NCBI GenBank assembly: GCA_001642005.1
Contig: LWCA01000002.1
Span: 73,954 to 137,953 of the forward strand
Length of the DNA stretch: 64,000 bases
Source of the DNA: Intoshia linei
Taxonomy: Eukaryota > Animalia > Orthonectida
Direction: 5' to 3'
Shown here: one piece after another, positions 51,330 through 63,417 of the stretch
Numbering within the stretch: position 1 is the first letter of the stretch
Layout of the letters: every line of letters begins with the position of its first letter
Program-made: the position numbers and the translations under genes
The notes under the pieces: generated by a model
What the model was told of the DNA's origin: nothing
Seen by the model: the letters and a program-made list of their open reading frames with translations, nothing else
The model's database searches: none

Positions 51330-54300
51330 ATATTTACATAATCCATGTACATTATAATGTACGTGTGTATTATAAAAATATTTGCTAAAATTTATAATTA
51401 TAATTACTACCAGGAAAATGTATATAATTCCGCGATGGACTGCTTGTTTGACATAGCTAGTATGAATATGTTTTAAATTAATACCTTCAGTATATTTTAA
51501 TTGCATACTCAACTCGAATATATTGACCCATATCATGTAATCTAAATGAATTTGATTAATACACGTACAAAATAAGTTTTTTTGTTGATGAACAATAATA
51601 ATATCAATGGATATTACTTGTCACATCATTTAATAAAATTGCGCTAAAATTTGTAAGCGACAAAACGCAAACATAAATAACAATTTAATCATTATAATAA
51701 ACTTATAACTCACGAATACATCAATCATAATATGAGTCTTATCGCACAACCAACTTTAACTACTAAATATTATAAAATGTTAATTTAAAATTTTTATTTA
51801 TACAAATTAATTTAATATACCAATTTATTTACAAAAGTAAAATTTCTACGTAGTATGATAAAAATTTGACATAATCATTATTTTTTAAATTGCGCCATTT
51901 ACAATAATATTGCAACAGGCAATATTTTACAAAATTAAAAAAAAGTGTAGCATTATTATCATCTGATATTAGTTGATTAACTTTAAATTTTATTATAATT
52001 ATTAATTATACTGTAGATATATTTTATTTTTTTAAGTGATACCTATGACTTGTTCATTTCGCTCATTTGAATTTTCAGCCAAAAGGTTCATGGACCCAAA
52101 AAAGACAAAAAAAAAATATATAATTTTAATTGAAATCATTTAGGTGCAAGATATGAAAATAATTTTTAAGAATGATATTTTAAAGATTCTAGATTGATTT
52201 TTGCTTGTCGCGCACATTTGCATTTTTAGTCTTAGGTTTACATTTAGTTATCTAGAATTTACCATTTCATAAAATTTAAATTAGAATTAAATTTAAAATA
52301 TATCATATATCGCGTTATGGTTCATTTAAATTTTAATAAAAGTCGTGGTTCAGTTTCTTTTAAATGAGAACATTTTAAATTTACAAGTACATTTTACATA
52401 TTTTATAATTTCAAAAATTTTAAGGTTTTTCAAATAAAATAAATAAATAATAATAATCAAATAAAAAATTAGATTAAAATTTTATTTAGTTTTATCTATA
52501 TTTCAATTTAATTTAGGTTCTCTAACGTTTTGTCGGGTGTATTTAACCTTTAAATGCACAATATTAAATTTAGAGCAGTGGTTCACGATTGGGACACGAT
52601 TTTAAATTTTTCAACTTTTAAACACCGCGTTGCACCGTTTTAAACATTTTCTACTATAATCGATTTTAAGTCTGAATTTTCAGATCGCCTAGATATTATT
52701 TTGTTGAACATACTAGAACCGTTTCTCTTTAGTTAAAATTGAAATGTATAATGTGTAAATTTTAAAAAACGTGGCCGCAGAATTTTTTGATATAAAAAAG
52801 TGGCCAACGAGACGCAAAAGGTTGCAGATCCTTGGTTTTGGGTTATCATAAGATTTTTTAGAAAAAATCCTATATTTAGTTAATAATTTATTCATACAGA
52901 TCAATACAAATATAATTCATTGTATAGCCTACTAATGATATTCGACATAGCGTACGACGTCACCTAATTTTTTATTTTATAAGTGGTTCACTGTCAAATA
53001 ATTTTAAAAACCACTGATTTATATAATGAACTGGAAATTATCTTGTTAATATCAGGAAGAAATATTTTTTTATAGTTTTGCATCCATTGTGTAGGATTGA
53101 TAAATTCGAATGATAAAATTAGAATTTGAGATGATTTGCCGGTATTTTTACAAATTTACTATTAATGTTAATTATCAATAATTAATAAGCATGATTTTAA
53201 TTGTATCATTGATATCAGTAAATGTGATCTTCTCGCAGTTTAAGTCTGATAATGATGATACACGATTAATTTAAAATATTTATACATATAGCAGTCGCGG
53301 CGGCCCGCGGGCCGCAAGTTTGACATGGTATATTATACACAATGTGTATAAATGCCAAATGTAAAAAATTTCTTGGGAATATTGAATACTTTATACTGAA
53401 TACATGTGTCCTTCAACTGTTTTCCCATCAACTGAGGTTCATTCTCTGATGACATAAAGAAAGATTTCATCAAAAATTCAAAACAATTGAAACAAGATAA
53501 AAAGGAAAAACCCATAAAAATATGATGGTAGAATATTTATGGGTCATTTCTCATTTATCTAAATCAGGGTGGTCCTAAGCGTGGCCCGGGAAACGCATGC
53601 GGACAGTCAGATCAAATTGTGCGACCCCCGAAATCGTTTAGTAATATATTTTTAAAAACATTGATTTACAGATATATCATAATTATCAAAAAATTAAGAT
53701 AGAATAATTCAATTTAAAGTATAAAGTAATGTGATATGATGGTTCCACCTGAAACAAATTTGGGACATCTCCTTTAAAGTATTGATAATAGTGAATAGTA
53801 GGATTTTTAAGTTAAATTTTCAACATTAATTTATTTCAAATTCATGTGCCCTCGGCAGAGCTAAATGCTGTTTGTACATAGTACATAACAGTCAAGCTAG
53901 TAACTTTATAAAATACTAATTATATTTTTAATTAGCCTCATATGGATATGATGATACTCGACGTAATTTTTTGATTAATCTGAAATTTTAACTTATACTT
54001 TAGCCTTTGGACTATTTTTTTTAAATTTGCAACCCGCGAAATATGTAAAATATATTATTTGGCCTTCATTCGCCATTTTTGGATCACCCTGATCTAAATA
54101 ATATTTTTATGTATTCACAATAAAATTTAATGTAGATTCATTTTCTTTTCGTATGAAGGCACATATCTACACTATTGAAAAGGATACAAATACCAACATC
54201 TCCCTTTGTCAACTCATTTAGATACTCTACAAATCGTTTATTGACAGCTTGAGTAGCATACGTCTTCAAATTCATGTCCTTTGTTCTCTCGAGTTTTGAC

Positions 54301-54752
54301 TTTTCATAAAATTTCATAAAAACATTATCAGTTCTCAAATGCATCGCTAGACTATCTATCCAAATTTTTTCATTTGTTTGAATTGATTTGATAAACTTTT
54401 CTATACATTGTTATGAAGGTATTAGCATAAAATCCACTTGTCCTTTTTCGCAAGATAACTTGTTATATCCATAGTCATATGCCAATGTCATTATTACGTC
54501 ATTATGTCTTTTAGTATTTTAATTTTCAATACCCAATCTGAATTGGTCAGTATTGTTATTCAAATCATGAAAAAGGTATTTTAGTGACATCAATTTTGCA
54601 CATCATTTTCAGGAATGAAATACTCATGTATATATTATTAATGTTTATCCCATTGTTTCCCAAATTCCAGACGCAAACTCCCAATTTCTTCCCAGTTTAT
54701 GGTAGAGCTACCATAAAATATCCAATGCCATGTAGATCATTCATTTTAGAAT
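51330..54752 (-). pseudogene. Disrupted multi-exon coding sequence of unknown family
   Basis: Coding-like segments begin at tttag acceptors (54752, ~53558, ~51541) and contain isolated in-frame stops (VALP*TGKK, LIPS*QCIE) and a frameshift. Confidence 0.4.
53565..54091. mobile_element. hAT MITE carrying a Helitron 3' end (~53690-53900)
   Basis: TIRs cagggtggtcc / ggatcaccctg; perfect TSD atctaaat (53557-53564, 54092-54099). The internal segment ends acagtcaagCTAG|t. Confidence 0.88.
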
Positions 54753-55006
54753 CTAAAAACAAGTTGTTTTAAACAACCGTCTTCTCGTAAAAATAAAGTT
54801 AAAATAACTAATAGTCATTGACTATAAATGTAACCATAATTTATTAAAAATCAATTAAAAAATGATGAATATATTGACATAAACTAAACACTACAGTCTA
54901 TACAAATTTACTAAACGAATGGAATAGGTATCAATAAGATGCAATAGATTTTTACTTAGCAATTAGTTTATTACCAATTGATGAAAATGTAAATAAAAAA
55001 TCTGAA

Positions 55007-58000
55007 ATGAAAATTGAAAATAAGACTTTAAAAATGTTAAAACTGATTGAATGCAACTTGAAAGAAATGCAAAAAATGGTGCAACCTAAAGATTGCTGTG
55101 AAACATTGGAAAATTTGATTGAGTTTTTATCAACTAATAAACTGGAAAAATTAAAAATAAACAAAGTTTTTTCACCTGGAGAGTGTTATGCTAAAACAAT
55201 GACCAATACAATATCTGAAATAAGTGCATTATTATGCGACGATACAATTTTAACATTACAAGTGCAGTTATTGTCATTACTAAACTATATAATTAGTAAA
55301 TGGTTTTCAATTTTCAACAGCATAAATTCGTGGAAACTATTCTGCGTGATATCAAGAATAATTGAAATTAATTTTGAAAATGAAAAAATTTTGACTCAAA
55401 TAATTACACTCTCATGCTCATTGTCTGTTAATTTTTACAATATCGAATGGCTGAGACCGGTGGTATACAGCCTACGAGAATGTGTATTGGACAATCCGGT
55501 CAAAGGGAACATTCTTATTAAATGTATATCTTTTTTTAAGATAATTATGACACAGTATCCGAAAATTGCAATTGAATGGAAATTGGTATCTTTTTTTTTG
55601 GAAATTAATGAACTAATTTTTTGTTATAATCATTTAAAGTCGATTATTGTGTCAAATACAATGATATTATTGAAATTTGTTGCGATCGTTCAAGACGAGG
55701 ATAAATTCGACCATGGAGATGAAATGTCTAATTTTATTTTAAATAGTTGTTTGGAGCCGTTGTTTAGAAAAGACAATACAAAAAATGGTCAACTTTGTCA
55801 TGTACCTGCAATTGTATTGTGTTATTCATGGATTGGTGTTGTGCACTTGTTGAAGTATTCGAGATTCAAGTTTATTCAAGTTTTTTTGTATTTGCATGAT
55901 GAAAGTTATTATTCAATTTATCCTTTTCAGCGTTTTTTGGTTCATATTTTTAATATTGACCAAACTGTATTGGATATTTCTAGTTTTATGGGATTTGAAA
56001 AGATTTTCAAACGAACATTGTTTAATTTGACTGGTTATTTTGATCAGAATAAAGAGTGTGTTATTTCTGAAGGGTGCGAGTTTCTGTTTAATAAGAATAT
56101 GAATTATACCTATTCGGATGTCGGTGCAACGGGAAGTTCGTTGAATTTTTTGAAAAAAGATTACAATTTAAATAAATGGTGTATATTATCTGAAAAAATT
56201 TTACTTTTAAATTTTTTTGTCGAGTGTCAATTGTTTGAAGGGCTAATGAAATATATTTGCACTTGTTGCAATGAAACTCTATATTCTACGGCTGCACTGA
56301 TTTTTGACTTATACAATCTCGTTGCCCAGAATCTGGTGCACGTTAATCTTAATAAATTTTACCTTGAACCCTTATTAAACCTGTACCATCAAGTTCGCAC
56401 GGGTAAACTTGTCTTTAAGATCCCACATTCAAATTATACAATCAATCGCAATTCTATTCAAGTCTTAGAGCTTCTCATGTCATGTCATGATGGTAAAAAT
56501 GAACCTCCAGTCTATTCCATTGATTTATTGTCAATTTTTATTCAACCATATGAAAACATTTTGATTGATTTCTCCATCTATATTTTTGTTTCTGATGAAT
56601 CAGTCTTGCAAAATTTATTAATTAAATCAAATTTCAAAAAAAATATAATTTATTGGGATTGGATAGCTATAAGTACAATTTTAAAAATTTGTCTAAATAA
56701 AAAAACGTTTGTGAACCATAAATTAAAAACTGAACCTCATTTTATAGATTCGGATCGCACCAATATGGTTAATTTTGAATATAGACAATTTATTCATTCC
56801 CTCATAAATTGCTACGATGCTCAGCTTATCCATATTTTATTTGAAGATGATGTATTTGATAATTACACAACCTGTAATAAAAATTCACGTTACAATAAAT
56901 TTTGTACAGTTTCAAAAAGTAAAAATATTGCGACAAAAGACAACAATCCGCACAAATGTAAACTGGATCATGAACCAAATGTGAATGACAAAATCGATCA
57001 GATGGATGCCAAATTAAACACATGTGACATGTTGATTTCTTCTTCTCTAGTATTTTTTTTGGTGGACAATTTACTTTTAAATGAACATGCAGATTCGTTT
57101 CTTAGAGCATACATTTTTAGAGTTGTCAATGCGTTCTTGGATGTTTTGTCAAAACAAAACTTTTCACCACGATTGTACAAAATTTACAAAAGTTACTTTT
57201 TATTTATCGGTAGACTTTCATCTTCCAAAAATGGATCAGAAATTTTATTTGAATCTAAATTTTTTTCTAAAATTTTTTACATTATGAAAAAAAAATCATT
57301 CTATACTTTAGATTTACATTTTGTTAAATTGTACATTACCCATATTTGTCATTGGAATTTTTACATTTATAATAATGAATATTCTAAACAAATTTTAAAC
57401 AATTTTATTAAAGAGTCTAGTATGTGTGTTTCTGTTTACATGATTAAATTTTTTCATTTTACTCTCAGGATATTCCATGACGTCAAAAAATTTAATAAAA
57501 ATATTTATATCGATATTTTGGTAAATTTTTTAATCTCGAGCAAGTGTCTGGATGTGAATTACTTGGTGCTTAAATTGATTTTGGATTTAATCTCTTTTTC
57601 CACAATTTACAAGAAAATTATTTCTAAAAAACTTGACGATTTGAAATATTTTCAATTGCAGCACGGTTTGTATTTTAAAAAAATTTCTGGTTTTGATGGC
57701 ACCAAGGATGATTTTAATGTCAATTTTCAATATAAAGAAAAGTGGTTTGAAAAATTTCAAAAGTGTAAAAATAGAAATGAAATTGATACATTTAAAACTA
57801 AAAATTATAAAAGTTTTTCTTTTAATCAAAATGGATTGAATACTTTAAACTATTTAAATATTCGGGACATTGACACAATGTCAACCTCATTATCTCAAAG
57901 TCTTTGTAATTTAAACGCTTCATCTGACTGTTTGGTGGACCGACCAAAACCCATCATTCCCCAACACTTTAATGTAATTATTTTACACATGTTGATGGAT

Positions 58001-59026
58001 ATGGAAAACTTTAACAAAGTTTTATATCAACTTGAGAAAAATGACGAAAATTTTACTCTCTTCATTCAAAGTAAACGCAAAACCTCTAAAAATTTTGAAA
58101 AAATTTTCACTAATCTCGAAAATTGGGTAAATTTCTACAATGATCAATATATTGATTTTGTTGAAAATGCTATATCTAAAAATTCTTATTATTCAATGAT
58201 GTATGCTTTTAATTTAAAGGATTTTAGTGTCGAGGTTTTAAATGGGTTATTCCATGTAAATTCAAAAATTGGTATTTTTGTCATTTTACCTATGCATATT
58301 TATCGAATTTTTGCATCAACTAAAATTGGACTCAAGATTCTCAAAATTTTTGGTAAATTGGATGAAATGATTTTCAGTGTCAAAAATTTTAACTCTAAAC
58401 CTCATAATTTTCCCTTTCTCAGAAAATCTTTGTGGGTTTTTGCAAACATGTCTTTAACTAAATATGGACAAATCTATCTTATTCAAAATGGATTTTTATT
58501 TTATCTTTTTGAAATTTATCAATCTAGTTTTATTTCTCTTTTACCTGTTGTGTATTATTCAATTTCTTGTTGGTCAAATTCTATCATTGGTAGACAAGAA
58601 TTGAAGAAATTTAATTGGGTTTCTACTGTCGTCGATGCCAAAATTAAATTGGTTCATAATCACAAGTTTGATAATTTTTTACAATGGAATGGCCATTGTA
58701 AACAATCTGAAAAACGATATAGTTTTACCAGAAATTTAAAACACTTTTTTTTCAAAAAAAATTTCAAATTTAATTATAATACATGTACTAATTATTTTAA
58801 AAGAAGTGCTGCGACTGGTGCAAGGTATTGTAATGATCGAAATTTGATTTTTAATTCTAATCAACTTTTATCTAATTATTCTTCTCTCAAGTACCATAAA
58901 AGAGTTGATGATCATATTTTTCTCAATATTTTTAATTCTTCTTTTGGGTTTACTAAAAATCTGTTTTATCAAGATGTACAGTATTTTAGAAATGCCGATA
59001 CGTCTTTTGTGCGGAGTAATAAGTAA
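55007..59026 (+). CDS. RICTOR: Rictor/AVO3-like TORC2 subunit, highly divergent, intronless
   Basis: Rictor-like motifs in order: YWDWIAISTILK, YFLFIGRLSSSKNGSEIL, LPMHIYRIFASTKIGLKIL, RKSLWVFANMSLTKYG, VYYSISCWSNSIIGRQELKKFNW. Confidence 0.8.
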   Translation: MKIENKTLKMLKLIECNLKEMQKMVQPKDCCETLENLIEFLSTNKLEKLKINKVFSPGECYAKTMTNTISEISALLCDDTILTLQVQLLSLLNYIISKWFSIFNSINSWKLFCVISRIIEINFENEKILTQIITLSCSLSVNFYNIEWLRPVVYSLRECVLDNPVKGNILIKCISFFKIIMTQYPKIAIEWKLVSFFLEINELIFCYNHLKSIIVSNTMILLKFVAIVQDEDKFDHGDEMSNFILNSCLEPLFRKDNTKNGQLCHVPAIVLCYSWIGVVHLLKYSRFKFIQVFLYLHDESYYSIYPFQRFLVHIFNIDQTVLDISSFMGFEKIFKRTLFNLTGYFDQNKECVISEGCEFLFNKNMNYTYSDVGATGSSLNFLKKDYNLNKWCILSEKILLLNFFVECQLFEGLMKYICTCCNETLYSTAALIFDLYNLVAQNLVHVNLNKFYLEPLLNLYHQVRTGKLVFKIPHSNYTINRNSIQVLELLMSCHDGKNEPPVYSIDLLSIFIQPYENILIDFSIYIFVSDESVLQNLLIKSNFKKNIIYWDWIAISTILKICLNKKTFVNHKLKTEPHFIDSDRTNMVNFEYRQFIHSLINCYDAQLIHILFEDDVFDNYTTCNKNSRYNKFCTVSKSKNIATKDNNPHKCKLDHEPNVNDKIDQMDAKLNTCDMLISSSLVFFLVDNLLLNEHADSFLRAYIFRVVNAFLDVLSKQNFSPRLYKIYKSYFLFIGRLSSSKNGSEILFESKFFSKIFYIMKKKSFYTLDLHFVKLYITHICHWNFYIYNNEYSKQILNNFIKESSMCVSVYMIKFFHFTLRIFHDVKKFNKNIYIDILVNFLISSKCLDVNYLVLKLILDLISFSTIYKKIISKKLDDLKYFQLQHGLYFKKISGFDGTKDDFNVNFQYKEKWFEKFQKCKNRNEIDTFKTKNYKSFSFNQNGLNTLNYLNIRDIDTMSTSLSQSLCNLNASSDCLVDRPKPIIPQHFNVIILHMLMDMENFNKVLYQLEKNDENFTLFIQSKRKTSKNFEKIFTNLENWVNFYNDQYIDFVENAISKNSYYSMMYAFNLKDFSVEVLNGLFHVNSKIGIFVILPMHIYRIFASTKIGLKILKIFGKLDEMIFSVKNFNSKPHNFPFLRKSLWVFANMSLTKYGQIYLIQNGFLFYLFEIYQSSFISLLPVVYYSISCWSNSIIGRQELKKFNWVSTVVDAKIKLVHNHKFDNFLQWNGHCKQSEKRYSFTRNLKHFFFKKNFKFNYNTCTNYFKRSAATGARYCNDRNLIFNSNQLLSNYSSLKYHKRVDDHIFLNIFNSSFGFTKNLFYQDVQYFRNADTSFVRSNK

Positions 59027-60346
59027 TTTTTATATATTTTCATTTTGTGTGCGGTTTGTGTTTATTGTTTTTGTCATTGTATATAGTGTATTGGTGGTTG
59101 CTATTGGGATTATGAGTTACCCCTTAATTTCAAAAAATATTGATTTGTTGAATATCTTATTATATTAAATTGGTATAATAGTAACTAAAAAACATTATAC
59201 CCACAATTTTTTTATTTTGTTTCCACCAATTTTAGAGATTTAAAGAGATGAAATTTTAGATGACCCTAAAAATTTTTGACACAAAATTATCATCAAAATC
59301 TTTAAAAATTGGATGAAAAAATTTTCCCTTAAAGAAACCACGAAAATTTGGTCAAAAAATCAATATCAATCAATAATATCAAAATTAAGAATTATTTTTT
59401 CTGAATTTATCATTCACTATTAAAAAAATGAATTATTGAGGGTGTTCGTTATTGACTATTCTGACTGTATTTATTTTTGTGTTGATAGTGCCGAACTTAC
59501 TTTTTTGGGTCTATATAAATTTTTTATAACATGGACGTTTCATTTATCCAACTTGAGCACGAAAATATTATATTCTTGGATATCATAATTATTTTGTGTG
59601 TTAAATTTAAAGTGTAAAGTCAAGTGGCTTAGAGAGATGGCTAGGGATATATAACATTATGCATCGCTTCGGAAATTTTTTTGACACAAAAACGGCATAT
59701 AATAAAAATTACCGTCCCTCCCTGATTGTATTTAAATGGTATATTTTAAACCCACTATTTTTTTAGAAACAAAAATTGACATCATTTTGTGCATATTTAT
59801 ATTGAGCCGAACCTACTATACCGAAGTATATCGTGTAGGCTTTGACGAAATATTTGTAAAATAAGGCCTCCTTTTTTCAAATTAATCATTTAAAAATGAA
59901 TTTAATTTTAAATATTAATTGTTTTTCTGTCAAGATCAGGTCAATGAGTTATCAAAAAATTATTGAAGTATATTCCACTATTAATACTAACAGTAATTAT
60001 TAGATTTAGATTTTTAGAGTGAATTAACTGGATATAACAGTATCAGCTGTATTTTTTTTTAAATTTTAGAACTTTACATTTTTTTGAGGTTGTTATTTAT
60101 GATGATGCTTATAATTTTAAAAATTATCCTAGATTTTATGTTTCATTAATATTTTGGGTTGATTTTATTTTTAAACAAAAGGACAAATTGTGTTATTGAC
60201 CCTGAAAGGGTCAAATTCTGAAACTGAAAATAGATATTAGATATTAACATCCCCTGCGAAAACCTGTGTTAGAAATTAGGTTTTTTAAACTAAATCATAC
60301 GACTGGTAATTTTTTAAATATACGGTAACACCAACATTATATTGTA

Positions 60347-61489
60347 CTAGCTTGACTGTTATGTACTATGTACAAACAGCACCTAGCTCTGCCGAGGGTA
60401 CATTTTTATTATACCAAAAAAATAAATTTATGTTGAAAATCTAACTTAAAAAATCTATTATTCACTATTATCAATCCTTTAAAGGAGTGGTTCCCAAATT
60501 TGTTTCAGGTGGAACCATCATATCACATTACTTTTTACTTTAAAGTGAATTATTTTATCGTAATTTTATGTTTGTTAACATTTGCGTAAAGAATTTTAAA
60601 AACAATTGTTATCCCATTTTTTTAATTTATTAGACGAATGTGTTTATAATATTAAAAATAAAGTAAAAACAGTCCAATCCTAAAAATTGTCATAAATAGC
60701 ATAAATTGATAAAAAATAAAATTATAAAAACCTGCGTTTTAGATTTAAAAAATGCTGAAGGAATGAATTGTATAGATTTTCACCCTTATTTCTTTATTGG
60801 AAATGTGTAGACGTACAATGCACATTTTTTTTTAAATTGTAGGATCAATATTTACATTTTTAATTTTTATTTTAATCGAAATATTTGAAAAATATTGGTT
60901 GATAATATATTAAAAGTATTTTTCACCCGGGAATGCGTAGATTTTTGGGGTTGAAATTTTGTATTTATATCAACTGGAATAAGCTCTATTAGATAAATTT
61001 TTTTTTTTAATTTTCGGACTGTTAATTATTTCACATTTTTTGTTTTAATAAAATATTTCGAAAAACAATATATGAATACTAAAATGCTTTTTTGACCGTG
61101 AAGTCGTCACTAATTGGATTGAAATTTTTTATGTGTGTTAACAGGATACAACTGTACCACTTGTAAATAAAAAAAGAAGGGTAATTTGGGGTTTTGGCTC
61201 CTGAAGATATTTTTTTTAAATTTAAATTCATGGTAATGTTTATGATTTTAAAATCCGTATCAGCGTATATATTTTTTTAAATTCTCCAACTCGTTTGATT
61301 TTCAAAAAGGACAACTAGGGTTTTTGACCGTAAGATGTGAAATTGGGAGGTTGAAATATATCTTATATGTTCCGGAACACACAGTAATTGAAATGTGGAC
61401 TTTATAAAAATCTAAGACTGGTAGTTATTTTAATAAAGCGTAACACACATACACACAAACAAAAATTGCGTAGCATATTATAATATGGA
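60347..61489 (-). mobile_element. Full-length non-autonomous Helitron (~1.14 kb)
   Basis: The minus strand starts A|TCcatattataatatg, then a TTTG/TG microsatellite, and ends with the hairpin ctgtttgtac-ata-gtacataacag followed by CTAG|T. There is no TSD. Partial copies at ~5808-5862, 8626-9420, ~30510-30660, ~32597-32840 and ~53690-53900. Confidence 0.85.
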
Positions 61490-61501
61490 TTTAATATATA
61501 A

Positions 61502-63415
61502 CACGGTGCGCATTTTGAAAAACACTTAACATTGGTATATCACATCAAATAAAACTCACCTTCACGATTAAAAAGAGCCATATATAACCGTCAGTTCTGG
61601 TCGCTAAGATATTAAAAACTAGGCTTGAACATTATTACGTATTTGTGATTTATGGCATTAGCGTTCACATGATTTATATATTTTAATATTATATTACATT
61701 AACTTGTGTATTTATCAATATTGAATTAAAGCGAAAAAATATTTTTTTAATATATACATTTTTTTTCCGTCTATGGTGGTAAAACCACCGTTTTTAGAAA
61801 AAGAAAAACACATAACACGTTACGTATTATATGCATGGTCATTAGTCCATGTTCTGCTTATAAAATTTTGGTCGTATTAAATAATTACGAGTAATTTAAT
61901 AAATTAAAAGAATATAATATACAACAATAAAATATTTATTTATGATATAATGATTTTACAGTCCATAGATAATCACATATCATACTTATATCATGTTTTT
62001 TTTTGTATCTGTTTTCAAATAATGACGATGTTTGGTGAAATTTTTCGCCGTATTTGTCAGAAAATCTACCACAGTTTGCTGCGAACATGGAGATATGAGT
62101 TTGTAGAAAGTTCATCTTAATTGAATACAAACAATTTATATTTTCATATGCGTCTATCAGTACACCTATATCATCTACATAAGATTCTGCTCGATAATTC
62201 CCCAAAAAATTATCTATTACTCCTAAAAGATAAAATTAAAATATGTATTACATTAATATATTAATAGTATAACTAATATACGTTGTAGAGAATTCCAAGC
62301 ATGAAGTTCATTTTTATTTAAAGATTTTTTAAAATTTTCACTCATGAATATATGCTTCAATTGAGACCTAGTAACTATTCCAGCTATTATTTTGGCTTCT
62401 GACAATGGCAAAATCTGTTTTAATATTGGATTTATTCCTTTTGATTTTTGTATACAATTCAAAAATTGCTTTGCCAGACCCAATTTAATATGGAGTGGAG
62501 GTGGTATCAGAGTATCAGATGAAACTAGAGGGTCGTTTTCTATTCTAAATTAATGTTTTTGCATATTGATTCTATTAGGCTAATTGATCTTTTTATAGTG
62601 TTGTTTACGATCTCTCGTATGAAACAGACAATATGTACAACCATACTTGACATACCCTTTACCAATCCCACAAACAATGCTGATCATTTTAAAATCCATG
62701 CATAACTTCCAATTGTTTAATGATGTCTTTAATAAAGTTGATATTATTTTGATAACATCATATTCTACTTTCAATGAAGTACTGTATGCAACAGGGATAA
62801 TAAGGTATATATGATAATTGTGTATAAGTACAGCTTTGATACTGTAATTACAAAAGTCGATGAACATAAATCAATCCTTAGAACAATAATTAAATTCAAA
62901 TTTTTTTATTAGATGGTCGACATTAACACAATACGTCAAGTCCAAATCTTTATATTTTGCAAAGTAATCCATGTATTCTTTATTTCGAACTCTGTTCAGA
63001 AGTGGAGAAACAAAATTTGATACATGCCATTTGTTCATAGTTTCAATTAAAACTATATATCCCCGTTTGCTTAATTTGGGAATTGATATTAGATGATCGT
63101 ATTTATTTTTATTGTCTTCTCCATTAAATATTTCAGGTGAAACATATAAATCATCGTCGTATGAAAAATCTGATGTAGTTATAAATACATCATTTTTTCT
63201 TCTCTTGGGTATTGGAATCGGTTTAAAACATGATGCGACATTTGGCAAATGTTTATTCTTCAATTTACTGTTAAATGAGATATCTGCATTTGCAGAAATA
63301 TCAATCATTTGTTGAACCATGGCATGTTCATGATTGAGGTTTTTCGTTTGATTGAGGTGATAATTCTACTCTAGATATATTAGGTTATACATTCATGAAA
63401 AATGTTTCAAAGATA
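61502..63415 (-). mobile_element. Chapaev(3)-like (CMC superfamily) transposase pseudogene with a spliceosomal intron
   Basis: Motifs FID..SIKAVLIHN, WKLCMDFK..GYVKYGCTYC, PPLHIKLGLAKQF, LSEAKI, SIKMNFLQTH..NCG.FSDKYGEKFHQ..ENRY..MICDYLW; intron 62223-62281; in-frame stops; candidate terminus CACGGTG at 61502. Confidence 0.75.
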
Positions 63416-63417
63416 TA

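Noticed and set aside
53295-53328. GC-rich palindrome gcggcccgcgggccgc as a possible ncRNA or terminator
   Set aside because: It is a typical subterminal palindrome of Charlie-type hAT MITEs, followed by a TIR-like agtttgacatg.
54862-55006. Upstream coding exon extending Rictor through intron 54928-54959
   Set aside because: The required frame has a TAA just upstream of the donor, so it is at most a 5'UTR intron.
62580-62873. Stops at expected Trp positions suggesting UGA=Trp or another variant genetic code
   Set aside because: One stop is TAG and another TAA lies nearby; intact genes use TGG for Trp and TGA as a stop (syntaxin). Ordinary pseudogene decay explains it.
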